Below, in pieces: positions 42,684 through 54,841 of a stretch of 64,000 nt of DNA (position 1 is the first letter of the stretch; each line of letters starts with the position of its first letter). The DNA lies in contig OX597814.1 in the NCBI GenBank assembly GCA_951406725.2, positions 156,178,001 to 156,242,000 on the forward strand, read 5' to 3'. The DNA comes from Octopus vulgaris (Eukaryota). The notes below the pieces were generated by a model, which was not told the DNA's origin, searched no databases, and was given only the letters and a program-made list of their open reading frames with translations. A program made the translations under genes and the position numbers.

Positions 42684-42935
42684 TGAGTGACTGTATTTCG
42701 TCATAACATATAGAGAAATGGATGTCTTCTAAGGTACACACTCATATAGAAAATGTGACGTTGTCGTTGTTGTCATCGTGGTGTAAAATATTTACGGTAG
42801 TTGACTTACAGAAAAGATTATAACGTAAAAAATTTGTAATGCAAATAGATAAATGAAAATAAAGTATATTTGATGGTCATAGCATTACTGAATCGTTTGA
42901 TATCCGTTAAAATCGACAACTCAGTTTTCGAATGC
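41655..42935 (+). repeat. Diverged tandem duplication, ~640-bp unit x2
   Basis: 'tttct.tatgctttgaag' at ~41666/42299; 'gagagaaagtgagt.actgtatt...cataacatatagagaaatggatgtc' at ~42011/42675; 'caactcagttt.cgaatg' at ~42252/42917. Confidence 0.9.
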
Positions 42936-43139
42936 ATAATGAAGATACGCAGACACACATACGTACACACACAAACTCTCTTTTATATATATGGAAGTGT
43001 TCCTGTCTGTCGTTCTCTTTGTCTTCTCTCACATTCCCTGTGTGTCTGTTCCCTCCTGTCTCCTCCCCTTCCCTGATATCAGCCACCCTCACTATGCCAC
43101 ATTTCCCTGAACCTAACACTTTTGCACCCCTCTCATTTT

Positions 43140-44013
43140 ATCAAAAGTAACCGGAAACGTTCTCTTTAAGATAAACCCGTTGTAGTTCGGGCTTCTACTG
43201 CTAAAAGCCACTTGATGCAACTCTCAAGCATCAGTCTGCCGACCGGCATCGTTCGGCCAATTTGTACTGTCACGTGGTGCGTCTTTGTTTTTCAGTGCTT
43301 CTCTGGTGTTTGTCGATTTTGCGATGGCTGAAATGAAGGAACAGCGTGCTTCCATGAATTTTTTTTCTGCTGGGGTAAACAGCGGCCAAAACAGTCGTCA
43401 TGCTTCAAAAAGTTTACAGAGACGCTGCCATGAGAAGAACAGAATTATACGAGTGGTCTCCACGCTTTAGGAATTGTCACATTTCGCTTGAAGATTAATC
43501 TCATTCAGGATCACTGTCGAACTACCGAACGAATGAAAGCCTCATGAAAATTCATGAAGACTGCCACCGAACAATTGACGAACTTGTTGATATGATTGGT
43601 GTGTCCTGAAGCTCTTGCCAACGAATTTTGAGTGAGGAATTACTAATGAAAAATGGTTGCAGCAAAATTTGTGCTTCGCCTGCTCACCGAAGATGAAACA
43701 CATTCATGATTGAATGCGCATCATGAACTGAAAGAACAGTTGGAAGTTGATTCGGACATTTTTTCGAAGGTTATCACTGGTGGCGAAAGCTGGTGCTACG
43801 GAGTTTGCAGCTATGGAAGAAGTGGAAAAAGAAAAAAAAGACGGTGACATTAAAAGCACCATTTCACAAGAGTTCCAGCACTCCTTCGAAATGTGCAAAC
43901 GCACCTGGGGCGATACATTGCTTCAAATGGAAAATACTGTGAAGGCGATAAAAGTGTAATCCTGCAAAACTAAGGGAATATTGCAACATTCCGGGTTCTT
44001 TTGGGTGCCCCCT

Positions 44014-44015
<2 letters not shown>
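43140..44015 (+). mobile_element. mariner relic with internal deletion of most of the catalytic domain
   Basis: MAEMKEQRASMNF (43323), 'KFVLRLLT', and 'KVITGGESWCYG' jumping directly to the C-terminal 'EFQHSFEMCKRTW'. Right TIR 'attccgggttcttttgggtgcccccttg'; partial left TIR 'caaaagtaaccggaa'. Confidence 0.88.
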
Positions 44016-44076
<61 letters not shown>

Positions 44077-44339
44077 ACCTTCGAACGCGGAGTAGATAAA
44101 ACAGAGGACAACTGATGAAGGGAGTGTTTTCTGTGTTGCCTGTCTCGTTTCTCTATTTGTTTCTTTCATTGTTCGAAAAAAAGTTCGTCTATTATGTTTT
44201 TTATATTCTCGTTTCTCTTTCTTTCACGTTTTTATGGTCTGTATGTATGTATATATACATATATATGTAAGTATATTCATATATATGTACATATATGTAT
44301 GTATATATGCATATGTTCATATATTATTTACGTATGTTT

Positions 44340-44638
44340 ATACAAAAATGGGACAAGAACACAAAATATCCAGACAGATTATACAAAAAAGGGACAAGAA
44401 AAAAACAAGGACGGGTCATTCGGAGGTTTTTTTCCTCAGTCGAGTTCTAGATCATCTTTGCAATTTCGGCTGGTTATACTCGAGATTACTCCAATCTGGC
44501 CAGCCCCAAGGAAAAACTAAGCTAAGAGCACTAGATTCCTTGGAAGAAAGCAGCAAATGTATACGAAAACAAGGACAGAAATAAACGGAGAAATGGTACA
44601 CAAATACAAATGCAAATAACAGGACATTAACAACAGGT

Positions 44639-44639
<1 letters not shown>
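44340..44639 (-). mobile_element. Repeat family E, second copy, inverted relative to 33184-33525
   Basis: Direct reverse-complement match; embedded in (TA)n. Confidence 0.9.
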
Positions 44640-44673
<34 letters not shown>

Positions 44674-44754
44674 TGTGTGTGTATGTGTGTGTGCATGTAT
44701 GTATATGTACTTATGTATGTATGCATACACACACACATATATATCTGTATTTAC

Positions 44755-44806
<52 letters not shown>

Positions 44807-44849
44807 CAGGTGAGCTGCATAACCTAGTCAGCTATTTTTTGTTTGTTCT

Positions 44850-45090
44850 GGTTAGGTCCGAAGCCAGACGCTGTACTTGTGACATTCAGGGAATCTCCTA
44901 AACCGATGAGTTGGACGAGATCTCTGTTACTCTTCAAATGTTAAAGCTTACTACAAGCAGGAAACTCATGGGCAGGGAAAGTATTCCAGAGAGCTAACAT
45001 TATTGAAAATGTGATTTGTGAGAGGCTTGAGTGACGTACACTGTGTAAATGACGAATGGAGGAGAGACGTGCGAATCGGGGGGGATCATT
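44850..45090 (-). mobile_element. Jockey/CR1-group LINE 3' relic
   Basis: Minus strand 'LWNTFPAHEFPA' resembles the LWNxLP ORF2 C-terminal motif. Confidence 0.5.
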
Positions 45091-45329
45091 GGGATCAGAA
45101 CTTTAAAATTTAGATTTTGAAACACGTAGACACATTTTATAGTTGGTATGGAGACTACAGTTATTTGGAGTGTTGCTTTGTGTCATAACGTTTTAACCTG
45201 AGACGAAGAAGAAATCAAAATTTTGACCGTCATCATAACCACAAGAGCTGGAAATTTAATTTCTGGAAGTGAATAGAAATTAGTTTGATATCATTGATGA
45301 CTACACTAAGATCCTCGATCCTCTACGTG

Positions 45330-45500
45330 GTAACTTAATCTGCTAGAAATAGCCGCCAAATTTCTTTTAAAGCACACCCTACTCTTTCTCATAAATGAAA
45401 GTGGCGTTTGATAATATACATAGTCTGGAGAAACAGGATCCCATGGTTAAAGCTTAAATGTCTCTTGTCATTAGTTAGTTCTTTCAAGACCAACTGGTGC
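45330..45500 (+). mobile_element. Old dispersed repeat family F (representative copy)
   Basis: The motif 'gctagaaatagc.gccaaat...caccct' recurs at ~20640, 30130, 40928 and 54025 (+), with reverse copies near 13260-13440, 36430-36640 and 46435-46590. Confidence 0.5.
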
Positions 45501-45679
45501 CAATTAATACGACATTTATATTGCACTGTACCATCGCTTTCTTTGCCTCTGCGTATACTATGTTTGCTAATATATGAAGTCCCTTAAGCTGTAAGTTTTA
45601 ATCCTATCATATTTCATAGCTTCCATATCGATAAAATAGATATCAGTCCAAAGTGGTAGCTTGGAAAAGTACCTTGTGG

Positions 45680-46150
45680 TGTGTTCTCTACCTTTTTGTG
45701 TTCTGGGGCAGACTCGGACTTTATCCAGCTTAATACCATAACTCCGTCTTTGGGTACATTCAGTGAAATTCAATCTGCAACAACGATTTGGACCATGTCT
45801 CCAATTTCACAATAGCTTCTTTGTCCTCCGACCAGTCTGAGCGGCCTCACATAAATAACGGATCGTGAGATCTGCTCTTTCGGACCAAGTGATGAAAGTA
45901 TATACATACACATAAAGAGATCGTGGTTCTAGATACATCACTTTATTTGTGTTGCTAACTTTCTCTGAGAGACAGACACTAAGTTTATTCAATCTCCTTA
46001 CCCAATTTTCCTATATAAATCTGAAGCCTTCATCCTATGTAAGAAATCAATACTGTTCGCACAAATATTCTGACTCTTGTTTTCTTTGTACTATTGGTGT
46101 CCTTGTTACAATTACTGTAGTCAGGAAACCACGGCATAATAATCAATACT
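45680..46150 (-). mobile_element. RTE-like LINE 3' relic
   Basis: Minus strand 'YFHHLVRK...TGRRTKK...NFTECTQ' echoes the RTE 'YFGHxxR...GKRxRGR' C-terminus. Confidence 0.45.
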
Positions 46151-46898
46151 TTGTTATAGAAAACGAAATTAGCACTTTTCTTACATGAACTGAAAAACTC
46201 AACTTATAACTTTCCTTAGATAAAAGGAAACAAATATAGAGGAGGAAGAGAATAAAAAGAAAAGAGAAAATTGATTACATTTCACTGCCAGCAGTTTCAT
46301 AAGTATTACTAAGAAATACGAGTTTAATAAAAGTTTGCTTCATATATATTAAAGCTCACAGTAGTGTTCTAGATAGATAATCATTATTACATTTAGAAGG
46401 TCAATGTTTATCCACTGTTTTTGTGTTGGTGGTGTTGTTGCTAAGCCCCAAGGAAACCCCGATGCAGCCGACTTATAGCCAAATCCATTCCGTCCATGAC
46501 TTTCCAGCCTTTTTAGGTGTTTGTAAAACTACATTATTCTTTTTACATATGTTCTGAAAATTTGGCTCTTAGTTCTAGCCGATAAAAAGGGTCATTTAAG
46601 TGCTTCTCTTTTTGGTTCCTTGTGATCGAGCAGTCATATGCCATAGAGGCAGTTGGCTGAATGATGAGGAATGATGCAAAGATCCATCTTCCTAGTCGTA
46701 CCATGTCTCCGCTATACAGCATACTCTGAACTTCAGTGATGAATCCAACTGGGCTGCTATGTGACAGTTTGACCATGTCACACTTTTTGCACTGTCCAGT
46801 CTATTCCGGTTCTCCTGTAGATTCTAGTGTTGCAAAACAGCAGTGGCAACCTATCTTCATAAAAAATGGCTATTTATTTAGAACTATTGCAGTAGATG

Positions 46899-47450
46899 CT
46901 TCTTCTTCTTCTTCTTCTTCTTCTTCTTCTTCTTCTTCTTCTTCTTCTTCTTCTTCTTCTTCTTCTTCTTCTTCCAATCAGGACTCACGCCATTAGCCAC
47001 AAAGAATAATCTCTAATTCGTGCCTACTCTAAGCTACTAAGAATTCGTGTGGCAACTAGAAGATCCACCCACCACACGCGATAGACTGGCCAATGCACGG
47101 GCGCGAAAGCAACGTTGTTAACTTCATTCCGTAAACGTGGCTTTTAACGGGCGGAGAGCTGAACCATCCTGGGGTACATAGGATTCGCAATCAAGACTAG
47201 GGTCTGAAGGTTTACCACACCATAGTGAGTTACACCATGGTTCCTCTGCTTTGTGGCAGAAGTAGGAAGAAAGAGTGAGAGAAAGTTGTGGTGAAAGAGT
47301 ACAGCGAGGTTCACCTACCCGCGCCGGAGTGTCGTGGAACTTAGCTGTTTTTGCTCAATAAACACTCACAATGCCCGGTCTGCGAATTGAAACCGCGTTC
47401 TTACGACCGCGAGTCCGCTGACCTAATCACATGGGCCATTGTTTTCATCC
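46899..47450 (-). mobile_element. SINE family C head with tail type 3, ending in (GAA)n
   Basis: The reverse complement of 47250-47450 matches the family C head. A distinct 3' region runs down to the (TTC)n tract at 46899-46974. Confidence 0.75.
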
Positions 47451-47850
47451 ACTAGAAGCTGCTGCTGCTGCTACTACTACTATTACCAGCACCAGTACTA
47501 ATACCACTAATACTACTGCTATTGCTGATATATTTTAAGGTGGTTGCGATGGTGATTCTAGTAGTAGAAGAAGGGGCAGAAGAAAAAGTGGAGGAGAGAG
47601 AGCATTAGTTGTAGCTTTTCCTTAGGAACAGATGAGAGCTATCATTAAAAAGATTCCAGCAACGACGCCTTGCGACTACCCATATATTATGAACGAAATA
47701 TAGGAGACGGAATTTTTTTTAATCGGTCGCAGCAGTGACAAAGGAAAGAACTTGCAGCTCGAGTGAGAAAATGCGACTCAGAAACTTTTCTTGAATGCAC
47801 CGATGTATCTCTTTATTGGCCGTTGTTCATATTTTTCGACTACAAAATTT

Positions 47851-48289
47851 TGATCTTTTCGGTTAGAACGGCAGTTTTTAACATCATTTCTAGGTAACTA
47901 AAACATTTAAACTTCGTACATTGGTAGAATGTGTTTATAAAACATCTTTTTCTCTTGGCTTTATTGAGAAAATTCTATAGTTTGTTAGATATTTGTTGTT
48001 GTTTTTTCTTCAATTTCTGCAATTTCTACCAATCAGTGACGTCTATTGAGTTAAAAAGCATTCGGTGCCGTATGAATAAGTCCCTCGTTTAAGAAACAGA
48101 TTGGGTTTATTTACATTTGTGAAGAAAAAAAGATACCCTTCCCCCCGCCCCTAACCCTAAACCTAACCCTAACTAACCTTAACCTTAAAACAGATTGAAA
48201 TGCAATAGATTGATTCTAGGGTCATAATTATGGGTGACAATTTCATATGACACCGCTAGAGAAAACTACCGTTCAAACCGAAAAGATCC
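47851..48289. mobile_element. MITE with ~29-bp TIRs, 8-bp TSD and internal (CCCTAA)n; copy 1
   Basis: TIR (g)GATCTTTTCGGTTaGAACGGCAGTTTT / AAAACTaCCGTTCAAACCGAAAAGATCC; flanks caaaattt / caacattt. Confidence 0.92.
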
Positions 48290-48683
48290 CAACATTTTGA
48301 CAAAATATATGCAAATATATACCTTCGCAAATATTTATTATTTTTACTACGCAAAACAATAATTTTAATTGTCGAATTACGAAAACAAACATTTTAAATC
48401 ATGGGTTAATTTGAAAATAGATTTTGTTTTACAGAATTCTTCAAATCTTAATGTTGTTACAAGTAAAAACTCATAAAATATCTGTTTAAAACCCGTTAAA
48501 CAGAAAAACTAGAGACAGTCACCGACTGAAATCGAACTAGGCACCCGGCGTAGATCGGGCAGTTATGATATCAGAACAACGGAAAGATTTGCCGACCTTT
48601 GACGCATGCTGATATACGCGCGCACACGCCTCCAACTCACTCAACCGCCCCCCCCATATTCTCTCTCTCTTTCTCTCTCTCTC

Positions 48684-48718
<35 letters not shown>

Positions 48719-48979
48719 TCCATACACACATATACACAGACTCTGTGTGTGTTATTTTGGAGTATGTTAGTGTTACATTTTGAGAGTTTAGTTTCTGTAA
48801 TGTCACTAGACAAAAAGCAGCCCCGTACTTAACATGACAATATAAAACTGGAACAGTTAAGTTTATATTCCCATATTTAATACAGAGCATCAAAAAATTA
48901 AACTAGAAAAAAATTAGGCTGTGAGACGAAAAAGAGAATATTAGTTAATAACTAACCTTATTTTGAGTCTTTTGCTAAA

Positions 48980-49640
48980 CACAAGGGACAACTCCAGATT
49001 TTTTTTTTTTTTTCTGATATTGTTAGTTTTTTTTAGCGAAGAGTAAACTTCACCGTATTTGTCGAATAATGAAAGAATCACTAAGTCAAGGTGCATTCCA
49101 GCAGTTTTGAGATTTTTTCCACACGAGACGTATTAATTTCGAAAAAGTATGAAACACTAATCAGCTAAAAGCTACAGGGAATAAGGTCTGGATTGTAGGG
49201 AGGGAAAACGACTAATTTGATACCTATCTCTGCCAACTAGTTGTTTACCAGGCTGGAATTATGGACCTGTTCATTGCTGTGGTTAAAGTGTCCCGGCCTT
49301 TTGTGACAAAATTTCTTCCTAAAAACCCTCAACATATCTACTTACAGGATGCTGACCGTCTGGCCAATGAGAACCTGATGTATGCAGATAATGGCTTTGC
49401 TGTCGAAAATGGGGTTAACCGTGGGCTACCCGGTGGACTTGCTTTGTCAGGCTTCTTAGGATACCGTAAAACAGATGATCGGTGCATACAAGTTAACCCA
49501 TAAATAGTCTAATGCATTTTACAAGTTTCTGTAATGATTTTGTCCAGTTTAACACAAAACTTTATCGCATAGTGAGCTTCCAAATTGTCTCTACGTCCCG
49601 ACTGCATTCTAGCTGTGACAAGCAGTGATTGGTAGGTTGT
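48980..49640 (-). mobile_element. Highly degenerate, internally deleted mariner relic
   Basis: Minus strand 'IKFCVKLDKIITETCKM' (~49515-49567) and 'PPYNPDLIP' (~49176-49204). Confidence 0.75.
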
Positions 49641-49715
49641 GTTCAAAGTGTTGTTAGAGCCGTCTCCTCCAGTCTAGAATGAGAAAAGTTAGGAGGTCCT
49701 CTTATTAAATATATG

Positions 49716-49875
49716 TGGCGCAGGAGTGGCTGTATGGTAAGTAGCTTGCTTACCAACCACATGGTCCAGGCTCATTCCCACTGCGTGGCACCTTGGGCAA
49801 GTGTCTTCTACTATAGCCTCAGGCTGACCAAAGCCTTGTGAGTGGATTTGTTAGACGGAAACTGAAAGAAGCCCG

Positions 49876-49926
<51 letters not shown>

Positions 49927-50155
49927 TATGTGTGTGTGTATATGTTTGTGTGTCTGTGTTTGTCCCCCCATCATCGCTTGACAACTGATGCTGCTGTGTT
50001 TACGTCCCCGTAACTTAGCGGTTCGGCAAAAGAGACCGATAGAATAAGTACTGGGCTTACAAAGAATAAGTCCTGGGGTCGATTTGCTTGACTAAAGGTG
50101 GTGTTCCAGCATGGCCGCAGTAAAATGACCGAAACTAGTAAAAGAGTAAAGAGTA
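49716..50155 (+). mobile_element. SINE family B, full length, with expanded internal (TA)n
   Basis: Colinear with 38385-38780. A partial minus copy follows at ~50500-50700. Confidence 0.92.
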
Positions 50156-50719
50156 ATGATATACTAAAATTACAATAATCTAGGAAGGTTTTGACAGCCT
50201 CTCCTAAAAGGGTTTCAAAACATCTGGAATGCACTTCATAGATGTACAATACTCTACACTTGTAGCACACAAGAGAATTATTCAGATAATGAAGAAGCCA
50301 TCCACTTGAAAAGAAATGCAGTTAACACATTTAATGCAGCGAGCAACACTTTATAAATTTTATTGACTGTTCAGAACGATAATTTTAAATTGTTTCTATT
50401 TCCAGCCTAAAATTATTTAGAGTTTGGTATTTAAGACCAAAATAGCTGGGCCGATCTTTAATTAGCTATAATAAACCACTCTCCAGATACAATATTTTAT
50501 CTTTTACGTTTTTTCTGTCATTGAACTGAGACCATACTGGAGCTTTGCCTTGAAAAATTTTAGTCGAACGAATCGACTCCAGTACTTTTAATTTATTTTA
50601 AACTTATCTATCGCTATTTTTTCCGAACTGCTAAGTTACGGCGGTGCAAACACACCAACGTCAGTTGTCACTCAGTGCTATGACAAACACACGTGTACGC
50701 GTACATATGTGTATATATG

Positions 50720-50875
50720 TAATATATGGTATAATTGTAAACAGGGTAAATTTTAGCCATTTCCCCGCAGACTGAAAAAAAATTATGAACAACTTTAATC
50801 GATTTTCGAACCTTATTGTGTTCTCACCAGAGGCATCTACACCATTCTGACATTCTCTAGAGAAATAAGCGACCA
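50720..50875 (-). mobile_element. Short repeat family G with degenerate hammerhead motif
   Basis: Reverse-complement match to 62095-62237; contains cct CTGGTGA gaac acaataag gttc GAAA atcgatt a aag. Confidence 0.8.
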
Positions 50876-51049
50876 AACTGTTTATATACGCAACAAATGC
50901 AACAGTTACTCGATGAAGGAATCTCTAATTTGCATAGCGAAAGTGTTTAACACTATAAATACCAGCGGCCTGTCAACAGGATCTTAGTCCACACAGTATC
51001 AAGGTATGATATAATAGCTATCATAGATACATTCATATACGCGTACACA

Positions 51050-51084
<35 letters not shown>

Positions 51085-51140
51085 TTATAGATTTAAAACT
51101 AATTGTTTTTCTCATATATATATATATGTAGGGTGGGGGT

Positions 51141-51521
51141 GGAGGCGCAATGGTCCAGTGGTTAGGGCAGCGAACTCGCGGTCATAGGATCGTGGTTTCG
51201 ATTCCCAGACCGGGCGTTGTGAGTGTTTATTGAGCGAAAACACCTAAAGCTCCATGAGGCTCCGGCAGGGGCTGGTGGAGAACCCTACTGTACTCTTCAC
51301 CATAACTTTCCGTCACTCTTTCTTCCTGTTTCCGCTGTACCTGTATTTCAAAAGAGCCAACCTTGTCACACTCTGTGTCATGCTGAATCTCCCCAAGAAC
51401 TACGCTAAGGATACACGTATCTGTGGATTGCTGAACCACTTGCACGTTAATTTCACGAGCAGGCTGTTCCGTTGATTGGATCAACTTGAATCCACGTCGT
51501 CGTAACCGACCGAGTACCGTG

Positions 51522-51523
<2 letters not shown>
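51141..51523 (+). mobile_element. SINE family C, tail type 2
   Basis: The head matches 7640-7810; the sequence after ~51325 is unrelated to the tail of the 7640 copy. Confidence 0.88.
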
Positions 51524-51545
<22 letters not shown>

Positions 51546-51559
<14 letters not shown>

Positions 51560-51981
51560 GGCAGTTTGTCTGTCTGTGTGTCTGTGTGTCTGTCAGGTTG
51601 TACCCTCACCCTGACCACGGCTTTCAACCGATTCTGATGAAACTTGACACACATACAACCCAATGTCATAATTCAAAACTGACGCAGCGAAAAGTTTGAA
51701 AAGTTCCCCCAGTTCTAAAAAAATCGATAAATTCGACATGGGGTCGCGAATCTAAGCTTTTTATATGCAACACATTTTCTGTCTAGGGGACACAACTCGA
51801 CCTTTTTATCGCCCAAAGGGACAGCTAGGAACATCGTATACACAGAAGTATTCGAGTGAAGAGAAGACATTGCAACCTACACATGCGCCTTCGTTCCCTA
51901 GAGAGAAAGGACCCGATTGGGATTAGCCGTTGCCTACTAGGGGCTCTTACATACCCGGGCAATGCCGGACTATGCTGCTAG
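51546..51981 (+). mobile_element. Non-autonomous Helitron
   Basis: 5' 'tatatataaacggcag' then a (GTCT/GTGT)n microsatellite and 'ttcaaccgattctgatgaaactt'; 3' hairpin 'ccgggcaatgccgg' plus CTAG|T. The 5' boundary is blurred by (TA)n. Confidence 0.8.
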
Positions 51982-52428
51982 TATATACATATATATATAT
52001 ATAACAGCTTTTCGCTCAGTTTCCGTTTTGCAGTCGTAGTTAGAAATATTGGTCAACGGAAGGGGAAAATTGATGTCACCCAAATTTCCGTACAGTTGAA
52101 TCGAACCATTATCACTTGCTTTAAAGTGAGTGTATTCAGTACATTCCCTTAACAGCTCATATAGGAAATATGGAAATATGACTGGAACAAATACCCGTTG
52201 TAAAGGTTTCTTAAAGTGTACTTCCTAGTCTCAAAGAAGCAATTATTTTACATATGGGTCTATTAATATTTTATGACAGAGATCATTTATTTCAAGAATG
52301 AAGAAATCGTGTAAAAAATATGTCTGATATATTCGGAAATGGTTTACATGTAAAACATTGTTTGCAATAAGAAAACAGTTTTATCAGCTGTTTCAAAGGC
52401 AAGATGTATCTGCAGCAGTAAATATATG

Positions 52429-52857
52429 GGATCTTTTCGATTTGAACGGCAGTTTTTAACATCATTTCTAGGTAACTAAAAAATGTTAAACTTCGTACAT
52501 TGGTAGAATGTGTTTATAAAACATCTTTTTCTCTTGGCTTTATTGAGAAAATTCTATAGTTTGTAAGATATTTGTTGTTGTTTTTTCTTCAATTTCTGCA
52601 ATTTCAACCAATCACTGACGTCTATTGAGATAAAAAACATTCTGTACCGTATGAATATGTCCCTCGTTTAAGAAACAGATTGGGTTTATTTACATTTGTG
52701 AAGAAAAAAAAGGTACCCTTCCCTACACCCCTAATCCTAACTAACCCTAACCCTAAAACAGATTGAAATGCAATAGATCGATACTAGGGTCATAATTATG
52801 GGTGACAATTTCATATGTCACCGCTAGAAAAAACTGCCGTTCAAACCGAAAAGATCC
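52429..52857. mobile_element. MITE copy 2 with perfect 8-bp TSD (AATATATG)
   Basis: aatatatg|GGATCTTTTCG...CGAAAAGATCC|aatatatg; highly similar to 47851-48289. Confidence 0.95.
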
Positions 52858-54771
52858 AATATATGTCGTAGTTTAGCCTTGCATTGTCAATTAGACTCTT
52901 GTGAACAACCAATTTTACAAGTGATGGTAAACACTGATATCCACTTTATTACAATTGTAATATCAAAACCATTCGACAAGCATATATTTATAAATTACAG
53001 ACAGTCTTGCCGCTATCCATTATTATCAATTCGTGTTCATCTCATATTTGTTTACTTCTGATACTTCTAGATACTGAATGAATTAGCATTTCTACATATC
53101 TAAAGTATTCCGAAAACTTATTTAAATGCTGTAAGTTATTTTTAATGCTATACTGAATTCGAATTTCAAAACTGACCTTGGAAATTGATTTACATAACCC
53201 CAAAACTAAATATTTGCAATGTTTATTTAATATTATACAGTGACTGGCACCGAGTAGAGAAGCAACAGTTGCTTCTCACACCCACGCTCTTCTAGTTTTC
53301 TGTCTATGAATAAATAGGAATTACTAGATAGCCAATACTCATTCAGCATAGCTGATATGATGTATTCGTTGATTTGTCTTTTAACTTCACTGTACTTCAA
53401 TTGGTTTGTTCTGAACAAAAAAATAAAGTTATTTTCATAAAGTATATCTTAAATGTTCCTTGATTAAATTTGTTCGATTAGGCTTCATTCATTGAAACCA
53501 TTCAACATTAATCATGTAATTAAGAAATATTTTGTTGTTTTCTTTATAAACAAGACCATACTTATTGTGTTGTGAAGTTAAGACTGAATCCTATTCAATC
53601 ATTTTTATATAAATCTGAGCAATATAAATGTTTAATGATTATTTTGGTTTTCTCACCATTAGATATAGCCTATACAGAATTATTTATTTAACTATATCTA
53701 AGAGTCATACGGACTACAACACTTGATGTTTGTATAATCATATTGAAATATTTAGAATGAGATTAGTTGCTTATCATGCGATAAGACCAAATAGGTTAAG
53801 AAAACATTTGAATTCAACGCCCAAACTGATGTGGCACCGAATAATGAGCGGACAAAAGCACAGAAGAATCGTAGTGAGAAGAGGATAAATTTAACTTGTT
53901 TTACGTTAATGTTAGTTAAATCATATTAGAGGCGTTAATTTTGAAGTCTAGCAAATATCACCAAGAATCACTACAATAATAAGTTGCCCGAGCCACACAA
54001 GGGCCACATCAGGTCGCTGAACATGTTAGAAACAGTTGCCAATTCCTTAACAAATCTCATTTATTGCTTTTTGTACTCCTAGAAACACAAAGCATGAAAA
54101 CGATGAAACAGTCATGACAATAATTCCTTTGATCGAGGCTACTTTAAAAATATTAACCGTATATTCAAGTACTTTTATTTCAAAGGTAGGAGAAAACTTT
54201 TTCGGCATAATATATATCTCAAAAAATCTATGAACATCTGTTGGTCATTTTATGAGAGCTAATATTATCCTACAGAACTAAATCACGAGAGACAGTCAAC
54301 CTCATTCCAGAAATAAAAATTAGTCTATTCATCTACAAACATACTGGCTACACCTTACTTTACACTACATCCATTCTTTGAGTGGCTGCAACAAATACAG
54401 ATATCGTTTATACACTCTTCAGCAATAAAAGACATGAGCGACTATCCGTAAAACCATTTCATCGACGGCTGACGTCATTGATTTTATTTCTCAAGATGGA
54501 GCAATATTATAACGTAAAATATAGGAATGCATGCATAAATATACATAAATGGAGCTAAATATATGTCAAGACAAATAAATCCCTTTGGATTTATGAACTT
54601 ATTTACGTAAAGATATAAACCAATAGAAGTGGTTCAGACAATACAATGTTCAAATTTCCCCGGAGTCCACTTTACTTTTCCTCTGCCTATAAAATAAGCA
54701 ATGTCAAAGTACACCAGTCCAGTTTTTATATGGATGAGTGTGTGTATGCGAGTCTTTGTCCATCCCTCTAA

Positions 54772-54841
<70 letters not shown>

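Noticed and set aside
48148-48188. Telomere or chromosome fusion site
   Set aside because: The short degenerate array is internal to a MITE present twice.
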